Below, piece after piece: positions 22,438 through 35,019 of a stretch of 42,538 nucleotides of DNA. The DNA comes from Xylographa opegraphella. Its lineage: Eukaryota. Positions within the stretch are counted from its first letter, which is position 1. Every line of letters starts with the position of its first letter. The stretch spans positions 62,001 to 104,538 of the forward strand of contig JALDZX010000064.1 of NCBI GenBank assembly GCA_022813865.1, read 5' to 3'. The position numbers were made by a program, and so were the translations under genes. The notes beneath the pieces are model-generated. The model was given only the letters and a program-made list of their open reading frames with translations, searched no databases and was not told the origin of the DNA.

Positions 22438-24705
22438 ATGTCGCCGTCACCACCAACGGCCGCGTCGCCGTCACCACCAACGGCCACGCAGGCGAAGAAG
22501 CGCCTGGTCATCTGCTGCGACGGGACGTGGAACAACAGCGTGAGCTCCAACAACCCGCTGACGAACGTGTCGCGCCTGTCGCGATGCGTCGAGGATGTAG
22601 CGGCCGACGGGGTCCTGCAAGTAGTGTAGTACCACACCGGCATCGGATCCGGCACGTCGCGAGTTTCGAACGGGATCGATGGCGCTACGGGGAGAGGTAT
22701 GTATCTGCCTTGATAGGGGCCGGTTTGTGGGGCATCGGGCCAATCCCTCATTGATTGTACTTCTAAAAACAGGCATTCATCATAACATCAAGAATGTGTA
22801 CACGTTCATCTGTCTCAATTTCGGCAATCGGGAGGATGAGATCTACCTCATTGGCTTCTCGCGCGGAGCCTACACGGCTCGCTGTCTCGCTGCGTTCATA
22901 GGGAGTGTTGGCCTCCTGACGAAAGCCGGTCTCGTGCACATCAATACCGTGTATAAACGATGGGCGAAAAACCCTGCTGCCGACGACCCGGTGGGAGCCT
23001 CTTTTGAATTGATGCTTGAAAGAATGAGACTCGACAAGGACTTGAGACGAGGAATCAGTATCGAAGCTTGCGCCGTGTGGGACACTGTTAGTGCCATTGG
23101 CTTGCCGCGCATGATCACAGATATGGCCTCATATTCGATGGATATAAATGCCGTCGTGCAGCTTCTGCAACCCATTCCTGTCGTCGTGCCTGCGCTCGAC
23201 CCCAGCAAGTTCAACAAGCTCGCATTCGTCGACAAGAGTATGCCGAAAACGTTGAAATATGCGTTTCAAGCACTGGCTTTGAATGAGATGAGGACAGACT
23301 TCAAACCTGTCCTTTGGCCCAAGCCGCCAGTCACCACCACTGTCGTCAAGCAATGCTGGTTTTTGGGCTCTCATAGTGACGTCGGTGGAGGGTACCCTGA
23401 CGCGGGCCTTGCTAACCTCACGCTGATCTGGATGATTGCCCAACTGCACACGAACACGAATCTCGGGATCTCTGACGAAGCTCTGCAAGGCTATTTGACG
23501 TTAGCAAGGCTGAGTAATCCTAAGGTTAGCCACTTTGCTGTTCATGAGAAAAAAAAGGCGCAAGAAACACGACACCACGATTATTAAGGGTTCGTAGTCT
23601 AGAAATTAGTATTGACGACAGCTGAAGACAAAATCTAGGAAAAATCAACAACTCGCTAAAAGGTCCCTTTGTTTTAAGCGGATCAGAGCCTCGAAACCTG
23701 GGCGAGATCCTGGTGAAGAAACATCGACCTCGCAATTTTGGATTATCAACGCCGCTGATCCTGGCCACAGAATGCGCTTTCCATGCCACCACTCGTAGAA
23801 TAACAAAGTTGAAACATAAAGGCAAGGGCAAAGACGGCGCGCCGACTGGAGAGCGAGTCCAGTTTAACCCAGAGTCACAGCTTTGCGATCTTACGGTGGA
23901 ACAATCAGTGCATTCCAGCGTCAGAATCATGATGGCTTACAAGTTGAACAATTGCCTGCTGTTGGCGAAGCGGAAGACCGAAATCAAGCAATGCCAAGGA
24001 GATACATCAGTATCCGATGCAACGCAGCAGTAAGTACTTGCACAGTCTGCGTCAGTTTGGAGAAAACTAAGTGACCAATTCAGGGTCATCTGGCGCTGAT
24101 CGGAATTTGTTGGCCGAATGGACAACCTTGAAACATGGATCATGAAGAACATCAATCGATATGATTTCTTGCTAGAAGAAAAAGAGATGACCGAGGAGCG
24201 AGCGTGCGAAGAGGAGATTCGTTTGCTCGAGATGTAGGTTGAACAGTGGGAAACGACGAAACAACAACGACCGAACGCGGTCGAGGTCGATGAGCATGAG
24301 AAAACGGACGGGACTTGTGTGCTTGATACTAAGGATCGACAAGATAATGATGACTTCGAAGATGTCACTGAGTCTGAAAGTCGCAATGGAGGTGACACAG
24401 AGAATAAGCAACCTGGCCATTCAGCAAAGGATGACGACAAGCAAGAAGTAAATCAAATTGATCAATTTGATACTGACAACGACGATGTCAGTAATCAAGC
24501 CACCAACCATCAGGACCAGGTGAAGACAAAGAAGAAAAAGAAAGGGGGTTTAAGCTGGAAAAGGTCCGGCTCGAGAACGAAGGTTATAGATCCCAGCTTG
24601 GTAGACTTCTTGCGCCCTCTGCTCCAGGAAGTACGACAGCCGAATCGAATGTATTCCTATCGCGCGCAGGCGGGACAGACAGTTCCCACACCACAAAGTG
24701 AATAA
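22438..24705 (+). pseudogene. DUF2235 / Tle1-like alpha-beta hydrolase gene with disabling lesions
   Basis: KKRLVICCDGTWN, TNVSRL, YHTGIG, EIYLIGFSRGAYTAR, AVWDTVSAIG, AFQALALNEMRTDFKP, KQCWFLGSHSDVGGG, VHSSVR. In-frame stops at 22627 (TAG), 24097 (TGA), 24235 (TAG); probable +1 frameshift in the A8 run at 23549-23556. The 3' exon model is less certain. Confidence 0.82.
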
Positions 24706-24872
24706 AGATTCGCGACCGGCTTGAAGAACGAAAGGTTCCAAACCTCCCCCTTGGTAGACTTCTTAAGCCCTCTTGCTCCAGGAAGTACGACAGCCAAATC
24801 GAATGTATTCTTATCGCGCGCAGGGGACAGACAGCTCCCACACCCGGAAATGAATCAAGAATCCCGCGCGAC
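24566..24872 (+). repeat. Diverged ~150-bp tandem duplication at the 3' end of the DUF2235 locus
   Basis: Units start at 24566 and 24716 and share CTTGGTAGACTTCTT, TGCTCCAGGAAGTACGACAGCC, AATCGAATGTATTC, TATCGCGCGCAGG, GGGACAGACAG. Confidence 0.9.
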
Positions 24873-25776
24873 AATAGATCATCCATCGAGTCAAGCGTCA
24901 GGCCAAATTGCAAACAGCGACGTTGATAATTGCACTCGTAAAAGGTGGGTTTATAATGCGAGGGACGGACGGGAATTGCTGGCCGAGGAGAGGAGAGAAG
25001 ATTCCCTTTAAGTGTGTGCGTGCAGGAGAAAGCAATAATAAGGTATTATAACTCGGGCTCGCAAGCTGACTGGCACGTGAGCGCGAGGTTTAAAATTACC
25101 TAGTTTTTTTTCTTTTTTTCGTAAATACTTTTGAAGTAAAGTAAGGTAGCTAGCCATCTACCTATCTCCTACCCCTCACCGACAGGCGGGCTTCTCTCTC
25201 TCTCTCCAATCGATTACTCAACTGGGACGTTTTGTTCCTGCACCATCGGGACATTTTATTCCCGTACTACCATGCCCGTACTACTGATGTTCGCACTGCA
25301 TGACTGTTCCGCACACGTGAAAATACCTGACGACTGGCTACAGCTACAGCTATCCTGTCCTACCCGGCCTTGTCCTGCCCTGCCCTGCCACGCCCTGCCA
25401 TGCCCGATACGACACTCCCACAAATCCCGATTGGGGAAAACAAGGCAAGCCGTAAGGCCCGAAGGCGAAGGCATCGCGTCGGCGTCGGGGGTTACCTGTC
25501 GAATCGATAGAGGGATGAGAAGCGAGTAGGGAAACAAGGAAAGCTGATCCAACAGCACAGGCCAGGACGCGGATGTTGGAGGTGGAGCCTGAGCGGAGGG
25601 TGCGGACGGGGTGGGGGGGCCATGGAGCGGAAGAGTAAGGGAGAGGTCGGACGGTATGAAGCGGGCGAGCAATGAATTATGACAGTCGTTTCGCAGGGCT
25701 TTCTTGGGTCGGGATATGAGGAACCTGCGTAGCCGGAATGGAGGGAGTTGTAAGGCACCGATCCCATTTCCATTCG

Positions 25777-25857
25777 GGTAATTGGCCAGTATACGTCGGC
25801 AGAGGCTGGAGGAACAAGGTAATCGGCCAGCATACGCCGGGAGAGGCTGGAGGAACA
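25777..25857 (+). repeat. 41-bp tandem duplication
   Basis: GGTAATTGGCCAGTATACGTCGGCAGAGGCTGGAGGAACAA followed by GGTAATCGGCCAGCATACGCCGGGAGAGGCTGGAGGAACA. Confidence 0.9.
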
Positions 25858-26358
25858 TCCAGAGGATCAAAGATGTGATCTTCCATAGCAGCCACGAGCA
25901 GAGAGTCCGCGGTACAGGTCGAGAGGTCCTGGATGGGAGGCCCGGTATGTGAGCCCGATCTGCTGCGAAGTATTTGTAACAACCGACCTTGCCTCTCAAA
26001 TTATTGTGGATGGAGAAACTTCGTAAGGGAGAAAGCTTCATGGTGTTGGATGAGGTCTTGCCGACGAGGGATTGTCGGGCGAACCAATTTCGGTGTAGCG
26101 AGTAATAACTGAATCGAGCAGGGCACAACGTCAAACGATCCGTGTTGTGGCTGCCAGCGCTGCCAATGGTACGGCCACATTCGCTTGGCTATTCCAGAGG
26201 GAGTGGTGGTTTGCAGCTCACCGATGAGCCTTTGTTGTAGAACACGTTTGAAGTTTGCTTCAGTCGTCCGTCAGGTAACGCTCTTCGTGCAGGATAATTG
26301 ATAACGTCAGGGTAAAAGCGTGGACGGGTGTAGGTACGGCGAGACACTCATGCGAGCA

Positions 26359-27460
26359 TCATTCCGTCTGGTGCTGCACGCAGCATCCATGAGGATCTCG
26401 CGTATTATGTCTCTGCATCATCGAATTCTTGAGCATTCCACCCTCCGAGTCTTCTTCCTTGGTCTGCTTCGACCGCGCCACGCCATTGCGGGTGAGTCTC
26501 TTGTGCGCCATGGCTCCTTCGAGCCTCCACCCTTTTGCGGCCCAAGCCTTCCGTTCCTCGTTGTTGAGGCCCAAGGTATCGCCTTCGGGGTGAACTTGAA
26601 TGATGAGCTCCTCGGCTCCCGCGTCGTGGGCAATCTCTTCCGCCAATTCGATATCCTTGGTGTATCCGATCGTGAGGATTTTGATGCCGACCATCTTTCG
26701 CATCGCCTCCGGTATGCATCCATGGACATCTCTGGTCGAATTCGAAAAGATTTCCTCGGCGAAATAGTAGTTGTCGTTTGGAACGTCCCAGATATCGCCG
26801 GCGTCGATGCCCGGGAGATAGACGGCCAGACTGATCAGGTTCTGATTGCTGACGAGGAGGTTGAGAGTCCGGATGATGAGACGAACCGTTCGTTCTTCTA
26901 GCTTCTGGCATACCTTGATGAGCTGGTCTCGCTGTTCCTGAATTTCGTCTTCCTGTGATTCTTCCATCTCGGCGATTCGCTCAATGATTCCATGGATGTT
27001 GCCCCGGCCCGATTCGATCTCGACGCCGTAAGCCCAGCCGATCTCGAGGTGGCGTATGGCACGCCTGTTGGGTTCGCTGATGTCGAGAAGCCAGTAAAAA
27101 ATGTCGTTGTTGTCTTCAGCATAGAGGACGATTGTGTTAGCACCGTAGAAGACCGCGGTCGCCTCGGCATTGATGAGACGACAGGTTCGGAGGAAGCGGG
27201 CGTTTGTGGGAGCCTCGCGTTCGATATCGCTGTTGTACACCAAGCCGATTTGGCGAGATTCAGCGACCCAGAATTCCGGTGGACCGTTGGCGTAATTATG
27301 GCGTGGCTCTCTGGACAGGCCGAGGATTTGGTTCTTGGGTTGCTCGAAGAGGAAGCCATAGATCATGATGCGCACTTCGGCGCTGAGATCCATCAAAGGG
27401 GGCTACCGATTCGTGAACAAACTGCTACTGAGAGCGGACGTCCATCGCCCGACTTACCAT
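26359..27460 (-). CDS. Fungal hypothetical protein with an F-box-like N-terminal motif; exons 27460-27458, 27402-26359
   Basis: ATG|GTAAGT...TAG|CCCCCTTTGATG gives MPPLMDLSAEVRIMIYGFLF; also FLRTCRLINAEATAVFYGANT and NRRAIRHLEI, a pattern typical of a widespread Pezizomycotina family; 345-codon open frame. Confidence 0.75.
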
Positions 27461-29277
27461 GATGATATCGTTCCCACCCTGCAGGGTGAGGTTGCGGCAC
27501 CGGAGAACAGATGATTCCAGGCGAGATACGCAGCGAACGAATAGCGGCGGAGTGAGGATTCGTGTAAAAGCCGGTCCCAAAGCTCCAAGGTGAACACAGG
27601 CAATCTGGTGATCACTTCCCCTCGGCTGGATTGTAAGGTGAGGGTGGAAAATGACGGGCCGGCACGATGGATGTACTCCTCCGCTCCATGCTACTGAGGG
27701 TGTTTGAGTGTGGAAGCTCTAGAGTCAGGCAGGAGGAGGTTGAATGCAGGCTGAGGGTGGAATTGGAAGCAGCCGAGCCTTCGATCTCGATCTCGGGTGC
27801 CGGCACCCCGCAGGAAGCGCACACAGGGTCCAATGTTGAGGCCGCACGAAGCGTCGGACCGACGAATGTTCCCCAAGCTTCCAAGTCAGTGTGGCGTGAT
27901 AGAGCTGCGTCCTTTCGCGTGGGGGGGAGTTGAATGTGGTGCAAGCAGGAACAACGGGCGGTGGAGGGCGGTGTACATGATATAACGGTGTACTTCAGTA
28001 ATAATCAAGATGATGAAGGGCAACATCCCTCACAAGCAGCGATACTGCCACCTTCGTCCCTTCTCCATCGAAGGCTCCCACTGACGCCTGTAGGAGGGTT
28101 GCGAGCCCTCGATAGCCGATTATCCTAGCAAAGGTATTTGATAGCTACCGGTGACAAAACTCAGTCACGATCTCAGAGGCAGTGAATGATCGGTGAGAAT
28201 GAGAAGCGTGAAGATAGCTTTGGGTTAGGTGCTAACATCCTACCTAAGGTACGCTCCGTACAGTCAGGTATCTTACCTTACCTTAACGTCGCTGTGTGGT
28301 CTCGCTAGTCGTCGCAGGGTCCAGAGCGGTCGATGCACGCTCCAAACCTTGATCGTCAGCGCCCTTCATCGGCCCGCTGGCGCGCTCTCACGTGATAATT
28401 CAGGGTCCAATCACGGGATGTGGCTGACCACATGGCAGATACCTATCACAGTACAGTACGACAGCGTCAACGCCCGCCTGCTCCTAGAGCCGAGGCAGAT
28501 TCTCTCATCCGACGGCATTCATAGCAGCGTCCTCTTCTTCCCCCTGATACGTCACATGCGGTTAGGGTCGGTGGCATCGGCCAGGAGGAGAGGAAACCAG
28601 ACTTTTTATCACGTAGCTACCTTGAGCCCGTGCGTCGCTCACCCGGGAAAAGAACAAAAGAGAGCGGTGACGGAAGGAGGACGGAGGCCGTGGGACGACA
28701 GCGGGAAGGCGGAGAAGGGGTGCGGAGCGGAGAGGAGGGATGGAGACGATTGGCTGCGGGAAATCTTTTATTCCTCCTTCGTTCATATGTACTGTGTATA
28801 TACCCGGCAACTATGTCAGAATCGCCGCAGCGACCATCTCCAGCCCAGCGAGCGGCTGGAAGGCACGAGTCGCTCAAGGTGGGTGCCACGTGACGCTGTA
28901 CCTCCGCTCGAGACCTCGCGGGTCCGCACGCTCGCCCGTCCGCCTTCCAAGGCTGGATGGGTACGAAACAACAAATAGACGTCCCCCTCCCCGCTGACCG
29001 CATACCGACACATGACACCGCACGGGACGGCCATCCCCCCACTCTGCCCCGAACAATGATGCCAAGAGCTTTCGGTGTCCCTCCACCCGAGCCCCAAGAA
29101 AGCGACACCTTGCCACCCACAGATAGTACGTATCGCCAACGGAACACGCGAAGTCACAAACGCCCGCCGCCACCGCCACCGCCACCGCCACCGCAGCCGC
29201 CGTCGTGACGTCCGTGGCCCCGGATTGGTGCCCGTGATCGGCGCGGAGAACGGGAGCGTGCATCATCCAAAACGTGC

Positions 29278-32200
29278 TTATTGCCCCCGGCTCCAGAAAT
29301 CAAGGCTCGCCACCACATCCTCCCCGCTCTCCTCTTCGTATGCGTAGATGATCTGTGGAATACATGGTCAGCGTGTCTGCGAGGGCATCGCCGTCGGCAC
29401 GGTGCCTTACCTCTCGCGTGGACGAGTGAAGCATCCGGATGTTCCTCCCCGTCAAGATGTGCACGCACGCGCTCGTCTCCACATGCCGGATCTCGATGAA
29501 GCTGGGCTCGAAGGCAAGGATGTAAGGGTACGACAATGCAAACGCGGTCGGCTGTCCTTCCCACGTGATCTTCCAGTCCGGTCGCGCTCGCCATCCGTTC
29601 CTGTTGACGAAGAAGGAGAAGTCCGAATAGCTGAGAAGGAATTCGCCGTTCAGTCGCTCGATGTGGACCGGCTTGGTGTCCTTCTCGCGCGCGACGAAGT
29701 CGAGGGATGTGTCGGCTTGGTCAAGGAGTGCTTGGGTTTCAAGTGTCTCGAGGCTGACGACTTCGAAGCCGCGGGCACAGGCGACGCATAGTTTGGACTT
29801 CAAGAAATGTATCGATGTGGACTCGGCAGGGATATAGAATTCCTGGAAAGAGTTAACATCCATCCTGTACGGGACTTGGTCTCGGCTCACCTTGAACGGT
29901 TTCAATGATTCTTGACTGCCCTGGAACAATCGCGAAAGAGCAGGTCTCCCGTTGTTACTCGATACAGTGTCTAGCGGTTCGAAGACCTTGACGGTCGTCG
30001 AAAGTCCAGATGATTTCGCCGTACACACAAGATGTCTGCCTAAGCATACACCAGCCTTGAAAAAGTTCGCGTGCCCTTGAATCTTCTTCGGTCGCTTGAG
30101 AAGCGGTGACTGGGTGTCACTGGGATCCAACGCTTGAAGTGGGTATGAAACCAGATTTTTGTTAGCTAGGACCAAGAGAAGCTGATACTCTTCCAACACA
30201 TCGATCTGCGTCACATTACTGACATCAAGCATTCTTCGAGGTTTCGACTCCGCTGCTTTTGGCTTCCGGTCCGAGATGAAAACACCCGCGTCAGTTCCAA
30301 AGACAAGTTTACGCCCCCCGTCTACGATGAATTAGTATGAAGCTGGGGAATGCCTGCTGAATGAATTACCTATCGGTACCAAACAGTTGACCTTATTGGC
30401 CGTGTTGAAAAATCCTCCACATAGGATATCCTGTTTGTACACATGGGTCCGCTCTCGAAGCAGACTCTGTTGCCCCTCAATGTGCTCCAGCCACTTACGG
30501 CGCTGAACCTGAGTACCAGCGTAAAGAGAAATTTCATATTGTGGTCTGCCAAGATGTTTGAATGTGATAGGAAATCCTTCTTTGGCTCCAGTGGTAATCT
30601 TAGGCGCATTCAACGCATTTCTTGCTCCCAAGGTCAGACTCGAAGAGGGTCGTTTCGTGACACCCATTTTAGGGATGATTTCATCCATCTGTAGGACTAC
30701 CAGGAGTTCAAGTGGTATTGGTCTTCTATAGACCTTAAGCTCTTCACGTTTGTTGACGATTCTCTGCTTTGCCAATAAGACGGCATGATCGAACAAGAAA
30801 ACCATGATCTCACTGCTATCGGTTGGACCTTTCTTCAATGGGCCTTTGAAGATCATCTGTCGGCCCTCCTCAGTGAGCTTCAGATCGATATACTCGCCAG
30901 GTTGAAACTTGAGATTGTTGCTGAGCATCATAAGGTTGAAAGCGTTCTCCGATTTCCCAGATTCAATGTTTACCCTATTCAGAAATCCTTTGATCATGGT
31001 AACAGCATTGGGAATGTCTTGCATATCTGGATTGTCTTCAGCGGTGAATTTCAGAACATTCTCGAGAAGCAGGGGATAACGAGCTAGTCGCGTGGTGGGC
31101 TTCGTCAGATATCCGTTAAGCTCCAGCTTCCGAGACTCCTTTAACCGCTCAGTGTCGTCCACGAACTTTGAAAAGGCTGGATTGGAACCACGTTCTTTCT
31201 CAAACTCCCACTTGCCGAAAAGCTGGTTGGCGCCATATGTTACGAAGGGGTCGAACTTTGGTACGAACGTGAGGAATATATCTCCAACGTTTCTCACCAC
31301 AGGATTCTCTTGCTGCCTACGTGTCAAAGCTTCAGCAAGCCTTGAATTGACAGCATGGACGTCCATGCAGTTTGAAAATACCGCACGAACGAATTTCTCT
31401 CGTCGTTGCTCAGGTATATAAGAGGTGGCGGGGTTGTTTGAACGTAATGGCTTCATCCAAAAATCCCTCAGATATTCCAGATCCTTCACGAAATCACGTT
31501 CCGTGTACATAATTTCCGAGATGACTTCCTGCCTCTTTTTCTCCTTTTCTCCGACGCTGTCCGCTACCTCTTTTGATACAGTATTTATCCACAGCTTCTG
31601 TTCGTCATTGTCCTCGGCATGCAAGCTGGCCGTGGAAGGCTCCCGTCTGAGTCCAGGAAGAGGCTTGAGATTGAGTCTCGACTGTTGCTCTAAACGACGA
31701 GGGCAAGCTATGGAATAGCACAACTTGTCTCTTGTACACGTTGGAGAGTAACACTCGGTCAGTAATGTGAAGACCCCGTTGACATTAGTAGATGGATCTT
31801 CCATCACCGTCTCTCTGAATTGATAGAGCTCTGACGGTAGATCTCGTAGTCGATGCTCATATGTGACATCATGGAAGAATTTCTGAGCATCCAATGCGCG
31901 GCCAAGTAGCAAGGCAAGGTTTCTGTCTGTCGTCTTTATTATGTATGATATTAGGTCAACGGCTTCTCCGCCAGTAAAGGCAAGCTTATAAGATAGCTCG
32001 TTCTTGTTCCGTTCTCCTGCGTTTATCCTTTCCAAGAAAACTTGGGCGACTCTCGACAGAAGCGCAGGGTAGACTAAAGGCGTTCGAGTTTGTGCAGAAA
32101 CGACGGTGCTGCTGGAAGACGAGCCTGATGCTTTTGCTACAGAGGGTCTATGCTGCAATGAGTCATTACGCTCCGGTGTGACGGTGGTGCTGGATGCCAT

Positions 32201-33088
32201 AGACATAGTCCGCGATGACATGTTCTCTACACTCATTGTTCTTCCAGTATTATCTGGAGGGCTCGTCGGTGACATAATCCCAAAAGCAGTAGGAGGTGAA
32301 AAGGGATCTGAGTTGACGAGGTCCTGTCCAGAATCCCTTCTTCGATTTGGTATGACACGCCCGCTCATGGTCTGATTGTGGTCTCTCTCGGGACCCCAAG
32401 CTGTCATTGACATGGCCCGCTCGTCATGACGCTCAGGAACAATACGACCTTGGGCCGTTGTTCTTGAGCCCATTGGATGGTATTGTTGTTGACGAAATGA
32501 ATTGGCTGAAGCTTGATTGTAACTGTTTTGAGGCGGGTTATAGGCTTGCGGGTTTGACATGGTCGCCATCGATCTGGATCGAAAGGCATCGGCGTTTAGC
32601 GCGGGACCGGGAGGAGGAGGAACACGATTAGGGAAAGGGCGGTTATATTGCTGGTTGTACTGTGGTTGATTGGGCTGTCGTGGCTCGACACGTTGGGGTT
32701 GTGGGTACGGGCGACGTTCCGGGTTCATAGGCTGAGGCAGATACTGAACCGGTGGCTGCTGCTGCGGCCCAGACCCGTCTGGCTGTCTAGGAGCTTGATA
32801 AAATCCGTTTGTCATTGGAGGTACATAACCATTTTGTTGTGCCCGTACAGGCGCTGGCCGTGACGATGCAGTGGAGGAAATCTGCGAAGCCACAGAGCTC
32901 TGTGTAGATATAGTCCGGGATCTCTCAGCTGGAAGTTGCGCTAGTTGAGAAGCCTGCATTGTCTGCGATCTTCCAGGTGGTGGAGCACCAAAGATATTTG
33001 AAAATGCAGCATCCCTTTGGTAAGAAGAAGGGTGTCCATATGGATTTTGTCGCTGTACTCTCCCCTGCTGGACGCCATAATCGGCCAT
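29278..33088 (-). CDS. ROM2: Rho1 guanine nucleotide exchange factor Rom2/Rgf1 (DEP-DH-PH-CNH); exons 33088-30370, 30321-29891, 29842-29411, 29352-29278
   Basis: VYPALLSRVA, DRNLALLLGRALDAQKFFHDVTY (DEP), ECYSPTCTRDKLCYSIACPRR, KRQEVISEIMYTERDFVKDL, KPTTRLARYPLLL (DH), FLFDHAVLL (PH), CNH region ending VVASLDFWSRGQ*. Confidence 0.96.
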
Positions 33089-33841
33089 TTTCTCCGAGAC
33101 TTTGTGCAGAGTCCTCCTACTGAACAACCTTTCGCCAGGTTGATATCCTTATCGAAGTTGACGGATTCTCGACGGATTCTCAACAAAAGAACGTCTTCAG
33201 GAAGATCTATGCAGTAATTGTAATGAAGACCACGCCGGGGTAGTGACAGTCCGTTGATTGTCATGCGACTGCTATCAAGCGTGTTAGTAACAGTCGTATT
33301 CTTGAAAGGTCTTCTGGATTCCTGCAAGAGTGTTTTACCTGATGCGCGTGAGACTCCAGCAATGAAAATTTGGGCTGCTGCTGCAGCCCGTGAGTCTTAG
33401 GGATTCCTGATAGATCCCTACTTAACTAAATCTGGCAGTCCAGTAGTGCCGAGATGTGAATGTAGAAGGGGGCATCTGTATCCCGTCACAGCCTTAGGTA
33501 TTGAAGATCAGCAGCGGGAGTTTTGGCGAAGGCTTGGCTTGGACTTCTTTGGGCTGAATCTCGTGAGGCCTGTTGACAGCCTACAACAATCCGCCTCTGC
33601 TACTCTCTCGCGGTCTTGAGAAGAGGAAGCACTTCTGGCACACTTAGAAGGATAACGGCTTAATAATTTTCAAAGGGGTGCCACAGTACGAGCAGACGAA
33701 TCGGAGCTTCTCGGTGATAGGATTAGTGTCTACTTCAGGATCTAGGCCTAGCGTCAAGATACCGGTAGCGGCAACGTCGTTCACCATCACGTCTCCACGA
33801 AGGCCATCATCAATCCAGCATATCGACAACTTTGGTCAAAC

Positions 33842-34698
33842 ATGGCAGACAGTGAATTAGCGCCGAAGTTTGCACCCTTCTTCGGAATGGTATGTTGCCT
33901 GTGGCTCCACCAGCAGAATACGTATTGATTTTATTTCTAGGGTGGCATTGCTTTTGCTGTTCGTGAATCCCCATATGTCAGAACACTGACCATGCTGCTA
34001 ATTGCCTACAGATGATATTCGGGTGTAAGATAGATATCAACGCCAGGGTTGAGACAATATACTAACGAACGATAGGCGCTGGAGCAGCATACGGGACGGC
34101 CAAGGCTGGAATCGGGATAGCAGGTGTAGGAACTTTCAGACCAGATCTTATCATGAAGGTAAAAAGATTCATAAATCCGCTTCAGAAGGCTTAAGCTAAT
34201 GTAGAAACGGCAGTCACTGATACCGGTGGTTATGGCCGGTATTATTGCTGTCTACTCCCTCGTTATTGCAGTTCTGTTATCTGGAGATATAAACCCGCCC
34301 CCAGGAAAGCGGTACAGCTTATTCAAGTACGTCAGACAACTTTAGTACATATAAAGGGTGTTTCAACTACTGACAGCTACCTTTAGCGGGTTTATGCATT
34401 TGGCTGCTGGTCTTTCTGTCGGCCTTACTGGACTTGCGGCTGGATACGCGATTGGAGTGGTTGGAGACATGGTATACTTGACAGCTTTCACCGGCGTTGA
34501 TACCTGGTTGACTAGTGCTAGGGTGTGCGATCATATATGCTACAGTCGCGGATATTCGTCGGTATGGTTCTCATATTGATTTTTGGTGAAGTACTGGGTC
34601 TCTACGGGTATGACTGCCATCGTTACTCTTCCCCTTCATTTACTGACTATTCCAGACTGATCGTTGCGCTCATCCTCAACGCCCGTATAGATTCATAA
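33842..34698 (+). CDS. VMA11: V-type ATPase proteolipid subunit c', about 8 short exons
   Basis: Spliced [143 protein letters not shown]; the proton-binding Glu is present. Confidence 0.93.
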
Positions 34699-35019
34699 AA
34701 TGGCTGGTGTGAACATCCCACAGGCAATATGTGGATATGTAGAATAAGAGCATTATGCATCAAGTCTATGACTTAGGAATGGAGTTGAGGGCTGTATTGT
34801 TCATGAGTTGACGATTCGTCATTTCCGCTAGTAGCGTTCGTGTGACAAGGGCGCCTCCCGTCCATGCCTAACATATTGCTAAGACCACAGATTTCTCATA
34901 CTCGCTCGTTTAATTCGAGAATGGAATGCCCTTCAGATTACAAACCCACATCTCTATTTTCATGAATTCCGTTCGGCGCTTGCGCAGCATGCCCGTGAAC
35001 AGAAGTGCTTTTGGCCTTG

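Noticed and set aside
22438..23587. DUF2235 as a horizontally acquired bacterial T6SS effector
   Set aside because: The family is widespread in fungi and this copy has spliceosomal introns; nothing here indicates recent transfer.
25256..26134. 292-aa minus-strand ORF
   Set aside because: Non-ATG start, low complexity, runs through simple repeats, no recognisable domain.
28229..29208. ORFs downstream of ROM2, including a poly-Pro ORF
   Set aside because: The poly-Pro comes from a CCGCCA microsatellite; I could not build a coherent spliced model.
452..33088. Rsr1 GTPase and Rom2 GEF in one window as a polarity cluster
   Set aside because: About 28 kb apart with unrelated genes between; Rom2 acts on Rho1, not Rsr1.
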